Shown here one piece after another: positions 19,647-29,588 of a stretch of DNA of 64,000 nucleotides (positions are counted from its first letter, which is position 1; every line of letters starts with the position of its first letter). The stretch comes from Candidatus Versatilivorator sp. GTDB lineage: Bacteria; Acidobacteriota; Terriglobia; Versatilivoradales; Versatilivoraceae. The DNA lies in contig OZ253547.1 in assembly GCA_965262635.1 (NCBI GenBank), forward strand, positions 4,156,234 to 4,220,233, read 5' to 3'. The notes below the pieces were generated by a model. That model was not told the origin of the DNA, searched no databases, and saw only the letters and a program-made list of their open reading frames with translations. A program made the position numbers and the translations under genes.

Positions 19647-20498
19647 TCAGGGCTTGGCGGCGGCCACCCGGTTCTTGAGAACCCCGACCCCCTCGATTTC
19701 CACCGTGACCACGTCGCCCGGCTGCATTCCCTTGGTGGTTCCGGGGGTACCGGTGAAGATCAGGTCTCCGGGCTCCAGGGTCACGTACCTGCTGATGAAG
19801 CTGACGGTTTCGGGTATCCCGTGAATCATGTCGGAGAGGCTGGCTTGCTGGCGCACTTCCCCGTTCAGCTTGAGAACCATCTTCAGCCGGCTGTAGTCCA
19901 CACCCGAGAGAATGTAGGGACCCGTCGGACTGAAGGTATCGGCGCCCTTGGCCCGCCACCACTGCACGTCCCCCTTCTGCCAGGTCCGGGCGCTGATGTC
20001 GTTGCCGCAGGTAATCCCCAGCACATGGTCGAGAGCAGCCTCCTCGGAGACGTTCCTGGCCCGCTTGCCGATGACGACCACCACCTCGGCTTCGTAGTGC
20101 ACCGGATCGGTGTCGGCAGGCTGGACAATCTCTCCGCCGTGGGGCAGCAGGGAGGAGGGCAGCTTGATGAACGGCTGCGGATGGGGGCTGGGCTCGGCGT
20201 CCGCAAGGTGGGACTTGTAGTTGCCCGCCAGGGCCAGCACCTTGGAGGGATTCCCGCTGGGCACCAGAATCCTGACCTCGGCCAAGGCATGAGTGGTCTC
20301 GGTCTTTTCCCAGGTTCCGAAAAGGTCGCCCTTGAGCTCTCGGACCCGGTCCCCTTCCAGGATGCCGTAGGCTTCGCGGTCACCCAGGCTGAAGCGAAGA
20401 TATCGAGTCCCTCGATCCCTTTGAGTCCCGGCCTGGCAGGACTGCGCGAATCCCAGCCCAGCCAGCAACAAAAATACCGCCATCCGCTGCAAAATCAT
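19647..20498 (-). CDS. fumarylacetoacetate hydrolase (FAH) family protein with signal peptide
   Basis: 283 aa; FAH-family C-terminal core (..GDLIFTGTPGTTKGMQPGDVVTVEIEGVGVL..). Confidence 0.85.
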   Translation of the reverse strand: MILQRMAVFLLLAGLGFAQSCQAGTQRDRGTRYLRFSLGDREAYGILEGDRVRELKGDLFGTWEKTETTHALAEVRILVPSGNPSKVLALAGNYKSHLADAEPSPHPQPFIKLPSSLLPHGGEIVQPADTDPVHYEAEVVVVIGKRARNVSEEAALDHVLGITCGNDISARTWQKGDVQWWRAKGADTFSPTGPYILSGVDYSRLKMVLKLNGEVRQQASLSDMIHGIPETVSFISRYVTLEPGDLIFTGTPGTTKGMQPGDVVTVEIEGVGVLKNRVAAAKP

Positions 20499-20565
20499 CC
20501 CGACCCCCGTTCATTCGACATTCCGGTGCAAGGCGAGCCAGCATATCCCGACCCTTCCGGCACTG

Positions 20566-21384
20566 TCAACGTGGGCGGGCGGGAGACTGGCCTGAGGATG
20601 TCAAGGCGCGGTTGCTGCCCATGGAGGTCTCGCCGCCGTCGGCGAAGAGGCAGGCGCCGGTGACGTAGGAGGCCTCGTCGGAAGCCAGGAACAGGACGCA
20701 GGCGGCGATCTCCGGCGGTTCGGCAGGCCGCTTGAGCATGGTGGGCCGCCCGAATTCTTCCCTGAAATCCTCAAGGCTTTTCCCGGCCTCGGCGGCGCGC
20801 CGCCGGTGAAAGGGAGTCAAGGTAGGTCCCGGACACAGCGCATTGACCCGGATGCCGTCCTCGGCATGGTCCCGGGCCATGGCGCGGGTCAGGCCGGTGA
20901 CCGCCGCCTTGGTGGTATCGTACTGAACCGAGTGGTAGCTGGCGATGACTGCACTGTTGGAGGCGATGTTGACGATACTGCCCTTGCCGAAACGCCGCAT
21001 CACCGGGACGGCCGCTTGGGCGCAGAAGGCGTACCCCTTGACGTTGACGCCCCAAATGGTGTCCCAGCTTTCCTCGCTGGCATCGGCCACGGTGTGGTAG
21101 AGACGGATGGCGGCGTTGTTTACCAGAATATCCAGCCGCCCGAAGCGCTCTACCGTGCGCCGGATGAAGGCTTGGGCCTCGGCCTGGCGCTCCATCCGGG
21201 CTTCCACGAAAAGAATCTCGCCTCCCCCCGCCCGGATTTGCTCAGCCACCTCGCTGCCGCGGGCGCCGTCCCGGTCGGCAAAGGCCACCCGCGCCCCCTC
21301 CGCCACAAACAGCCGCACCGTCGCTTCGCCAATGCCGGAGGCGCCACCGGTGACCGCCGCCACCTTGCCGTCCAGTCTTCCCAT
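20566..21384 (-). CDS. short-chain dehydrogenase/reductase (SDR)
   Basis: TGGASGIGEAT Rossmann motif and SDR catalytic Y/K region. Confidence 0.9.
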   Translation of the reverse strand: MGRLDGKVAAVTGGASGIGEATVRLFVAEGARVAFADRDGARGSEVAEQIRAGGGEILFVEARMERQAEAQAFIRRTVERFGRLDILVNNAAIRLYHTVADASEESWDTIWGVNVKGYAFCAQAAVPVMRRFGKGSIVNIASNSAVIASYHSVQYDTTKAAVTGLTRAMARDHAEDGIRVNALCPGPTLTPFHRRRAAEAGKSLEDFREEFGRPTMLKRPAEPPEIAACVLFLASDEASYVTGACLFADGGETSMGSNRALTSSGQSPARPR

Positions 21385-21438
21385 CGGTCCTGTCCTTGAA
21401 AACCTGGGTCGGCCCAGTAGTCAGGCCCGCCCGAGGAA

Positions 21439-21807
21439 TCAGTGCGGCGCCTCTGCGGTGGGGAAATCCGCCGGCAGGCAGATCTCGATCACTTCGAAAT
21501 CCTCGGAGAACTCCAGCACCTCGTGCTTGATATTGGGAGGCTGGTACCAACAGTCGCCGGCCTCGAACCGGACCTCGCCGACGTCCTCGAATTCGACCCG
21601 GGTCCAGCCGCGCAGCACGTAGTTCATTTGGAACTCGAGGTCGTGGGTGTGACGGCCGCCGGGACCGCTGCAGGACTCCCTGGCCCGGATGTGGTGCGCC
21701 AGGACCTTGCCCTTGGTGGCCGCAACGATGCCAAGATCCCGGTACTCGAAGTAGGTGCGGAGACCGGTCTTCCATTCCGCCGACTTGTGAAACGCCATTG
21801 TGGTCAT
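21439..21807 (-). CDS. cupin-domain protein
   Basis: Cupin motifs (HTHDLEFQMNYVLRGW...GDCWYQPPNIKHEV). The track ORF extends to 21882, but MTTMAF at 21807 is the more likely start. Confidence 0.65.
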   Translation of the reverse strand: MTTMAFHKSAEWKTGLRTYFEYRDLGIVAATKGKVLAHHIRARESCSGPGGRHTHDLEFQMNYVLRGWTRVEFEDVGEVRFEAGDCWYQPPNIKHEVLEFSEDFEVIEICLPADFPTAEAPH

Positions 21808-21959
21808 GGTGACTGACCCTCCCTGGGTTGGAATAGTATGGACAGGCATTCTAATCCGAACCCCACTCCCCCGCCCCATCAATTTTCAGGGGAAGGCGAA
21901 CAGCAAAAGAATCCTGAGGAGTTCAGACAAGCCTTGCCCCCGCCCTGGAGCGCGGACCC

Positions 21960-22420
21960 TTCGAGGAGAAACAGCCGACCGTTCATAAAGACGAACCACG
22001 AATGAACACCAATGGGCGCGAAGACCGATGGACCTCCTTTGGTGCGACGACGTCATGGGATGAAGCCCCCCCGGGAGCGCGGGCGTCCCGCCCGCACAAA
22101 GCCTGGCACAGCCTTGGCCATTTCCTCGACCCGGGTCGACCGGCAACGGCGCCATGGCTCTGCTTCGGCCGGGCCCATGCGGTTCCCGCCGGCAGGGTGA
22201 CCGGCTGCCGCATCGCAGGGAAACCGAGCGGCAGGCGAAGGGAGAGGATGCGGGCGGGACGCCCGCGCTCCCGGGGGGTCCTCCTCCCATCACTCTTGCC
22301 CCTCAAGGGGGCGGATGCCGGATTGCCAGGCCGCGGCCGGTGCCGATCCGGCAGACCCGTCCCGCTTCGTGTCCCTTCGTGGATAACTCTTTTTCCCTTC
22401 GTGTCCTGGGTGGATTCCCT
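21960..22420. repeat. MITE-like repeat, family A copy 2 (core 22068-22277)
   Basis: Same TIRs and internal sequence as copy 1, including the flanking ccttcgtggataactcttttt segment. Confidence 0.75.
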
Positions 22421-22563
22421 TAGTGGGGTTCTTTTCTCCAGCCTGGTAGATCTTGACTCTCCGGCGGGGCCATGAAATCCTTGCCAACCCCCAAGGCAAT
22501 CGACCCGGGCGTTGCGCCCCCGGCGCAAGTAAGCAACGTTGCCGCTACCCTGAGGTGAAACCC

Positions 22564-23364
22564 ATGATGGAACGCAGGCAGTTCCTGGCATTCCTCGCCG
22601 CCGCCCCGGCGATCGGCAAGATCCCCATGCGCGAGCCCGGCCGCGTGGAGACCGTCTTCAAGAGCCCCGGGCCCTACCCCAACGGCCTGCAGGCAACCGA
22701 CGAGGGTCTGTGGATTATTGATGGAGAGGACGCCCGCGTCCACCTCGTCAGCTACAGCGACGGAACGGTGCTGCGGGGTTTCGATACCGAGGCCGTCCAC
22801 CCCAGCGGGATCACTTTCGACGGCGAGGCGATCTGGGTGGCGTCCACCTACAGTCGGGAGATCATCCGAGCCGATGCCTCCAGCGGCAAGACGCTTGCGA
22901 AGCATTTCACGCCGGGCGCCGGCGTGATCTACAAAATGCCCTCGGATCCCCCCGGCCGCCGAAGCCCGCTGGCCCCTGCCCTGCCGCCACCGAGCTCGCC
23001 CCCCGCGCCTGCCCCGCCCCGCCCCGCAACCGGTGCTCATGGTCTGGAATGGCGAGAGGGCAAGCTGTGGGCCGCGGTGCCGCCGTCGCGCATGATCTAC
23101 CGCATCGATCCCGAGAGCTGGATGGTCGAGCAGCGCTTCCCCTCCGCGGGCAACCGCCCCCATGGCATCGGCTGGGAAGGCGACTACCTGTGGTGCACCG
23201 ACACCAACCGCAACGCCTTCTTCAAGCACGATCCCAAATCCGGCGAGATCGTCGAGAAGATCCAGCTTACCGACGAAGACCCCCTACCCCACGGAATGAC
23301 CATCCGGGACGGCGTTCTGTGGTACTGCGACGACGTCGGCATCGTTTGCCGCTTCAAGCTCTGA
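22564..23364 (+). CDS. TAT-secreted beta-propeller protein (glutaminyl-cyclase / Vgb / SMP-30-like fold)
   Basis: TAT signal MMERRQFLAFLAAAPAIG, repeated ...G..W... blade motifs, and a Pro/Ala-rich linker. Confidence 0.55.
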   Translation: MMERRQFLAFLAAAPAIGKIPMREPGRVETVFKSPGPYPNGLQATDEGLWIIDGEDARVHLVSYSDGTVLRGFDTEAVHPSGITFDGEAIWVASTYSREIIRADASSGKTLAKHFTPGAGVIYKMPSDPPGRRSPLAPALPPPSSPPAPAPPRPATGAHGLEWREGKLWAAVPPSRMIYRIDPESWMVEQRFPSAGNRPHGIGWEGDYLWCTDTNRNAFFKHDPKSGEIVEKIQLTDEDPLPHGMTIRDGVLWYCDDVGIVCRFKL

Positions 23365-23603
23365 CCCGCACCACTTCCAGACCAGGTCCACCCTCCACCG
23401 CCCGAGCCCGCCGGCTGTCGCTTGCCTGAAGCGGTTCATCGCCCCGATGGGCGGAGTAGGTGGAAAAGAATCAATCAGCAGGCGTTGGGTATATACCAAC
23501 TACTAAAATTCACGAAAAATGCGAAATCATACGATCACGAGGCATAAGACCTCTTTGCAACGATCCACGGATAGTGTATTATAATGACGGTAATTCTCAT
23601 AAA

Positions 23604-24443
23604 ATGAGAATTATAACAAACATACTATATCTGATCGTGAGCCCCAAAAACGCCATACCCAAGGGACGCCGCAGGCTGGCAGCGGTCATTCAGGCAGCCG
23701 GCGACATCATTCGTATTTCCGATGCTGAACGTGCCCTTGGTATCGACCGTTCCGATGCCGCCAAACTGCTCTCACGGTGGAGCGCACAAGCGTGGATGCG
23801 GCGTGTCGGCCCGGGTGCTTACGCAGCAGTCGATCTTGACACCCTTACCAGTGAGCGGGTGCTTGATGATCCCTGGGTGCTGGTGCCGGCGCTCTTCCAG
23901 CCGGCCTACATCGGCGGTCGAACGGCCGCCCATCACTGGGACCTGACGGAGCAGATCTTCCGCGACATCGTCGTGATGTCCGCGCGGACGGTGCGGGTGA
24001 AAAACCAGCATCACCACGGTGCACACTTCACTCTAAAGCACGTTCAGCACCGCAGGATCTTCGGCACCAAGACCGTCTGGCGAGGAAAAACCCAGATCGC
24101 CATATCCGACGTTCATCACACGATCATCGATATGCTCGACGATCCAAGCCTGGGATCAGGAATCCAGCATGTGGCTGACTGTCTTGCGACCTATTTCGAG
24201 CGCGAGGACAGAGACGACGACAAGCTGATGTCCTACGCGGGACGGCTCGGTAACGGCGCCGTCTTTAAACGTCTGGGCATTGTAGCCGAACGCAGACCCG
24301 ATACCTCCGCTCTGGTTGAGGCCTGCCTTGCGCGCCTTACCCAGGGAAATTCCAAACTCGATCCGGCAATTCCCTGCCCCCGCCTGATATCCCGATGGCG
24401 CCTTTTTGTCCCTGGGAGCTGGGCCAGGGCGGCATCGGTATGA
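23604..24443 (+). CDS. AbiEi-family antitoxin / transcriptional regulator (type IV TA)
   Basis: N-terminal AbiEi domain (..RISDAERALGIDRSDAAKLLSRWSAQAWMRRVGPGAYAAV..). It lies in an AT-rich islet, and an ATGA overlap couples it to the downstream gene. Confidence 0.75.
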   Translation: MRIITNILYLIVSPKNAIPKGRRRLAAVIQAAGDIIRISDAERALGIDRSDAAKLLSRWSAQAWMRRVGPGAYAAVDLDTLTSERVLDDPWVLVPALFQPAYIGGRTAAHHWDLTEQIFRDIVVMSARTVRVKNQHHHGAHFTLKHVQHRRIFGTKTVWRGKTQIAISDVHHTIIDMLDDPSLGSGIQHVADCLATYFEREDRDDDKLMSYAGRLGNGAVFKRLGIVAERRPDTSALVEACLARLTQGNSKLDPAIPCPRLISRWRLFVPGSWARAASV

Positions 24444-25672
24444 TCTCCCGCCGCGAAATTCTCGATATCTCGCATACTCTAGGCTTGCTACCCCAAATCG
24501 TTGAGAAGGACTATGTGCTCGGCTGGATTCTTGCCGGCATTTATCAGCATGCCGCTCTCAAGGAAACCTGGATATTTAAGGGCGGGACGTGTCTGAAGAA
24601 ATGCTACTTCGAAACTTTTCGATTCTCAGAAGACCTCGACTTTACGCTATCCGACCCATCCCAGATCAATCAGGAGTTTCTGGAAAGTGTTTTCCGTGAA
24701 ATCGGCGAATGGGTCTATGAGAAAACAGGAATCGAACTCCCGGAAGAGCTGCAGAAATTTAAACAGTTCCCAAATCCTCGCGGCACAGTGTCATGCCAAG
24801 GCAAACTCAGTTACCGGGGACCGATCGCTCCGCGTTCAGGTGGTTTGCCACGCATCAAGCTCGATCTAACGCCCGATGAACTGCTTGTTCTGCCACCGGC
24901 GAAGCGTGTGATCTTTCACGACTACAGCGATGCGCGGGAAGAGGGGATTTCCGTCAGGTGCTACGCCTATGAGGAAGCTTTTGCGGAAAAGGTACGTGCC
25001 CTGGGCGATCGTGCCCGGCCCCGTGATCTTTACGACGTCATCAATCTTTTTCGCAATGCCGAAGCACGACCGCAGTCCGCCGTCCTGCACGGTGTCCTTC
25101 GGCAAAAGTGTGCTCACCGCCACATCCCTGTTCCAACCCTCGTCGGACTGGAGACACATCGAGATGATCTGGAAGGCTCGTGGCGTCCGATGCTGAGTCA
25201 CCAGCTCCAGGCCTTGCCGCCGGTCGAATCATTCTGGAGTGAGCTTCCCAGCCTCTTTGCCTGGCTGGAATCCGGTGTGGCGCCTACGGAGCCGGCCGCC
25301 TACCGGATGGCTGCAGGCGAAACCCTGATCAGACAACCCACGCGGCGTCTTAGGGTGGCTGCCGCTGCTCAGTCCTCCCTGGAAATCATCCGTTTTGCAG
25401 GCGCTAACCATTTGTGCGTGGATTTGCGGTATCAAGGATCTATCCGGCGGGTTGAGCCCTATTCCCTGCGGCGCACCCATGAAGGAAACATCCTCCTGCA
25501 CGCCGTAAGAGCCTCGGATGGCCAGCACCGCAGCTATCGCATCGATCGAATTCAGGGCGTACAGACAACCGAGCAAAGCTTCATCCCCCGCTATGCCGTG
25601 GAGTTAAGTCCGCGTGGTCCAGCCGCCATCCTGCCGACGACAACCGGAACGGCGTCCAGGAGGCACCAGTAA
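24440..25672 (+). CDS. AbiEii/AbiGii-family nucleotidyltransferase toxin (DUF1814) with a ~120-aa C-terminal WYL-like extension
   Basis: The motif WIFKGGTCLKKCYFETFRFSEDLDF is the AbiEii signature. The C-terminal stretch RRVEPYSLRRTHEGNILLHAVRASDGQHRSYRIDRIQGV matches the WYL-domain pattern (R.V.P..L....WYL.A......R.FRLDRI). Confidence 0.8.
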   Translation: MISRREILDISHTLGLLPQIVEKDYVLGWILAGIYQHAALKETWIFKGGTCLKKCYFETFRFSEDLDFTLSDPSQINQEFLESVFREIGEWVYEKTGIELPEELQKFKQFPNPRGTVSCQGKLSYRGPIAPRSGGLPRIKLDLTPDELLVLPPAKRVIFHDYSDAREEGISVRCYAYEEAFAEKVRALGDRARPRDLYDVINLFRNAEARPQSAVLHGVLRQKCAHRHIPVPTLVGLETHRDDLEGSWRPMLSHQLQALPPVESFWSELPSLFAWLESGVAPTEPAAYRMAAGETLIRQPTRRLRVAAAAQSSLEIIRFAGANHLCVDLRYQGSIRRVEPYSLRRTHEGNILLHAVRASDGQHRSYRIDRIQGVQTTEQSFIPRYAVELSPRGPAAILPTTTGTASRRHQ

Positions 25673-25984
25673 TGCCCACTTCCGGACCACAACGCAGACC
25701 AGAAAGCTGGTCCACCCGGACAAAATATCTCTGTGAGTGTGCTTACCGTAGTCGCCGATCACCCGTTCCCGCTCGGCATTTAACCGGTGAACCCCTCGCC
25801 GGGACCGCGTTTCCTTCGGACCTGTGCAGAACCGCTCGACCAGGTTCAACCATGAGGTTGGCGTGAAGTGCGCGGACGCCGGGCGAACCGGTCGCGGACC
25901 GTCTTCGTCTGGTGGGTTGATTGGTTGTCCGTGACGAAGTGGATGTCGAGACCGGGAAGAACAACTCGCACCGGGAGGCTGCCC

Positions 25985-26407
25985 CTACTCCACGATTCCG
26001 GAGAGGCAGGCACGATGCACGGCGGAGAGCGCAGCTATAACAAGCACCACCAGCACGCCGAGGGCGATGGTCAGGTGGGAGTTGCGGAAGCGGCCCATGA
26101 TCTCGGGCCGGTTCGCAATGACCAGCAGCACTAGCACCACCGGTAGGAAGAGGACGTTGGCTGCCTGCGCCAAAACGATCACTCTGTAGGGCAAGCCGCC
26201 GAACAGTGTTCCGAACAGCACGCCGGTGACCAGCACGAATCCGCCAGGCAGCCGAAGGCGGGCGCTCCGCAGGTCGGAGGGCCAGCCAACGGCGCCGGAG
26301 ACGCCGTAGGCGGCCGCAAGCGGGGCGGTGATCGGCGAGGTCAGCCCGGCGGCGAACAGGGCAACGTGAGCCTGATAGGACCGCCGTTCGCCTGGAAAGC
26401 CCAGCAC
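25985..26407 (-). pseudogene. 3' fragment (duplicate) of the Nramp transporter gene
   Basis: The 140-aa ORF is ~80% identical to the C-terminus of 27347..28582. Nucleotide homology 25960-26370 matches 27320-27720, including 50 bp downstream of the stop. Confidence 0.7.
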
Positions 26408-26422
26408 GCGGCGCGGGAGCGC

Positions 26423-27283
26423 CTACGGCTTTTGGCCGATCGCTTCTCCCCAGGCGATGGCGGAGACAGCACCCGGGGATTTCTTCCATTGATCCAGCAA
26501 GCGGCGCCAGTTCTCGAACTGCTCCCGAGTTGCCAGCCCGTGTTTGATGGCAGCCTCGACGGTCTTAGGGGAAAAGAACCAAGCCACGGAAAAGGTGTGG
26601 TAGAAAGCAACATCCTCAGGCGTGCCGTAGTATTCGAACGAAGCGCTTCCATGGATCACCGAGAACCCGGCCTGAAGAAATCTTCTCGGCAGTTCCTTGC
26701 CCATCTCCGGATGGGATCCGTTAGCCTCCAGCAGCTTCGAGAACGTCACCCACGCATCGGCAAGGGCGTCAAATTGCGGTTCGGAAAACGACGACGAACC
26801 GATCATTTCACGTCCGGAGAGGAGGCCTCCTGACTTCAACACCCTTTTCACCTCGGCCAGGACGGCATCGGTGTCGGGAACGTGCATGAGTAGGGCGTGA
26901 CAGTGGGCGGCATCGAACGTATTGTCCTCAAAGGGAAGTCGGGTCACGTCGCCTGCCCGGAAGACCGCGTTGTGGTGTCCGCCAGCGGTAGCGGCAGCTT
27001 GGGCTATCTCGATCTGGGACTCTTCCATGTCGACGCCGTGCATCTCTCCGGGGTCTACCGCTTTCGCCAACCCCATCGAGATCGTCCCCGGACCGCACCC
27101 CAGATCGAGTAAGCGCATTCCGGGCTTGAGGTGGGCCAGCAGATGGGCGGCATTGGTCTCGGCATTCCGGCGGTCGAGCAATTTCAGGAACTCGTCGCTG
27201 TAACCCATGGTGTAGGAAGGCGTGGGAGTATCCGGGTTCCGGTTACTGTTCATAGCCTGTTCCCTCCCGATCCGTTGCGCCAA
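26423..27283 (-). CDS. class I SAM-dependent methyltransferase
   Basis: LLDLGCGPG motif I, acidic motif II, and post-I region. Confidence 0.8.
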   Translation of the reverse strand: MAQRIGREQAMNSNRNPDTPTPSYTMGYSDEFLKLLDRRNAETNAAHLLAHLKPGMRLLDLGCGPGTISMGLAKAVDPGEMHGVDMEESQIEIAQAAATAGGHHNAVFRAGDVTRLPFEDNTFDAAHCHALLMHVPDTDAVLAEVKRVLKSGGLLSGREMIGSSSFSEPQFDALADAWVTFSKLLEANGSHPEMGKELPRRFLQAGFSVIHGSASFEYYGTPEDVAFYHTFSVAWFFSPKTVEAAIKHGLATREQFENWRRLLDQWKKSPGAVSAIAWGEAIGQKP

Positions 27284-27346
27284 TCGCTTCCGCGGGTGAA
27301 ACTGGCTGATGGCGCGGAAAAGAAACGCACACCGGGAGGCTGCCCG

Positions 27347-28582
27347 CTATTCCACGATTCCGGACAGGCGGGCGAGTTGCAGAGCCGAGAGCGCGGCGAT
27401 GACCAGCACCACCAGCACGCCGAGGGCGTTGGTCAGGCGGGAGTTGCGGAAGCGGCCCATGATCTCGGCCCGGTTCGCAATGATCAGCAGCAGCACCAGC
27501 ACCACCGGCAGGAAGAGGGCGTTGGCCGCCTGCGCCAGAATGATCACCCGGTAGGGCGAACCGCCGAACAGCACACCGAACAGCACGCCGGTGACCAGCA
27601 CGAATCCGCCCAGCAGCCGCAGGCGGGTGCTCCGCAGGTCGGGCGGCCAGCCGAAGGCGCCGGAGACGGCATAGGCGGCTGCCAGCGGGGCGGTGATCGA
27701 CGAAGTCAGCCCGGCGGCGAACAGTCCTGCGGCAAACAGCACCGGGGCCACCGGACCGAGGAGCGGCTCGAGCCGCTGGCCGACGGTGGCCGCACTCACC
27801 TCGACCCCCAGGCCGTGGAGGGGGATGGCGGTGACCAGCACCGAGGCGGTGACCAGCCCGCCGAGCGTGACCGAGCAGAGGGTGTCGAGCCGCGCCTCTT
27901 TCACACTCACGTCCTTGCGCGCGGCGTCCGGCCACTGCTCCAGAGCGGTGCTGGCGTGCAGAAACAGGTTGTAGGAAACGACCGTGGTGCCGATCAGCGC
28001 CAGGACGATGAGCAGCGAGCCCGACGGCACGCTCGGCACCAGCGCGCCCACCGCCAACTCCCGCCAGCTCGGGGCGGTCAGGGCGGCGACGATGCAGAAC
28101 ACGACGCCCATCACCACCACCAGCCCCACCAGGACGTTCTGAATCGTCCGGTAACTGCCGGTCAGCAGCAGACCCGCGGCAAGAGCGCCCAGCAAGGCAA
28201 TTGCGACGCCCGGGTGCAGGCCGGTCAGCGCGTTGAAGCCAAGCGAGGCTCCCAGCAGGTTGCCGGCCTGGAAGGCGGCGTTGCCCAGCAGGATGGTCAC
28301 CGCGATAAGCAGGATTACCGCGCCTCTGAGCACCGGCGACGCGATGCTGGCGCGTATCGACTCGGCCAGGCCCCGGCCCCCGGCAATACCTGCCCGGGCC
28401 GCCATGTCCTGGAGGACGATGGTGGCCGCTACCGAAAAGAGGATGGCCCAGAGCAGGGCGGCGCCGTAACCGGCCCCGGCGGTGCTGGCCGTCACGATGG
28501 TGCCTGGGCCGATGAACGCGGCCGATACCAGCAGCCCCGGTCCAAGTCGGAATTTGGTCATGGGAAGGATCTTAACCCGCAT
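27347..28582 (-). CDS. Nramp-family divalent metal (Mn2+/Fe2+) transporter
   Basis: 411 aa, 11-12 TM, Nramp-like N-terminal GPG motif region. Confidence 0.75.
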   Translation of the reverse strand: MRVKILPMTKFRLGPGLLVSAAFIGPGTIVTASTAGAGYGAALLWAILFSVAATIVLQDMAARAGIAGGRGLAESIRASIASPVLRGAVILLIAVTILLGNAAFQAGNLLGASLGFNALTGLHPGVAIALLGALAAGLLLTGSYRTIQNVLVGLVVVMGVVFCIVAALTAPSWRELAVGALVPSVPSGSLLIVLALIGTTVVSYNLFLHASTALEQWPDAARKDVSVKEARLDTLCSVTLGGLVTASVLVTAIPLHGLGVEVSAATVGQRLEPLLGPVAPVLFAAGLFAAGLTSSITAPLAAAYAVSGAFGWPPDLRSTRLRLLGGFVLVTGVLFGVLFGGSPYRVIILAQAANALFLPVVLVLLLIIANRAEIMGRFRNSRLTNALGVLVVLVIAALSALQLARLSGIVE

Positions 28583-28817
28583 TTCTCACCGGGTCGCTGA
28601 AACATGGTGAAAGACGCGTTATTTTCAGCTACTTGTTGGTTCGATTGTGATGCCTTGCGGTTACACACGGTGCTGGGCGCGCTCTGGCTTGTCCTTTTTC
28701 CCTCAGCGCGCACATGCTCGCTCGAACGTAGTCCCCGCTACGCTCTTCGCTCCCGAGCACGCGCTGAGGGAAAAATTCCTGCGCCATCATCACGCCCCCC
28801 GGTGAGAAATGCGGGTT
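28576..28817. repeat. MITE-like element, family D (18-bp TIR cccgcatttctcaccggg with an internal complex hairpin)
   Basis: Left end cccgcatttctcaccggg at 28576 and right end ccccggtgagaaatgcggg at 28797. A solo TIR copy sits at about 3943-3960. Confidence 0.55.
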
Positions 28818-29207
28818 GAGGGACTGACCACGAGCCGGCGAGCGGTGGTTTTCAAAGGTTTGTCTCCGATTCGCCGCAGGCGGTAGGTTACCACGTTTGT
28901 CGGTTGCCGGGGTGGGTCGCGAGTTCTCCCGGGGAGGTGCCGGGCCCATGCCTCGCCGGCGCGCCCCACTTCCCCGGCGCCTCTCATTCACTGCTTCCCT
29001 CGGTACCGGACCTCGGATTGCGCCATCCGAAGCACCAGCCCTCGGCGACAGGGTCAAAACAAGAAAGCATCCGCCACGATCGAACGACAGGTAACGAAAT
29101 TTTCATCCGGGACAGGGGCGCGCGCTCACATTGGAGCCGCCGGCATCGCGGTGTTTGGGGAATATTTGGGACTTGACAACAGCTCAAGTGTATACTATGT
29201 CGTACAC

Positions 29208-29561
29208 ATGACACATTTTGGAAGTACCATTCGAACCCGCCGGGAGCAGCTCCACCTGAAGGAGAAGCGCTTTTCCTTGCGCCAGGTGGCCCTGCGCATC
29301 GGGATCGAGCCGGCCTATCTGAGCAAGATCGAGCGGGGCCAGGTGGCGCCGCCATCGGAGGCCACCACGGTCCGGCTGGCGCGGGAACTCGGCGAGGACC
29401 CGGACGTGCTCCTGGCCTTGGCCGGGAAGGTCTCGGGCGACCTTCAGAACATCATCCGCAAGCGGCCCAGGCTGTTCGCGGAATTGATCCGGCAACTGAG
29501 GGAAGCGCCCGACCACGCTCTCCTCCGCGTGGTGCGAGAGGTGCGGGACGGTGAATGGTGA
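29208..29561 (+). CDS. XRE-family helix-turn-helix transcriptional regulator
   Basis: HTH ..FSLRQVALRIGIEPAYLSKIERGQ.. . A sigma70-like promoter and palindromes sit upstream (cttgaca-N17-tatgtc). Confidence 0.75.
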   Translation: MTHFGSTIRTRREQLHLKEKRFSLRQVALRIGIEPAYLSKIERGQVAPPSEATTVRLARELGEDPDVLLALAGKVSGDLQNIIRKRPRLFAELIRQLREAPDHALLRVVREVRDGEW

Positions 29562-29588
29562 GGACGAACCGACAAGGAGACATCGACG

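Noticed and set aside
27131-28600. 489-aa + strand ORF
   Set aside because: It is antisense to the Nramp transporter gene, is Arg/Gly/Gln-rich, and has no homology features.
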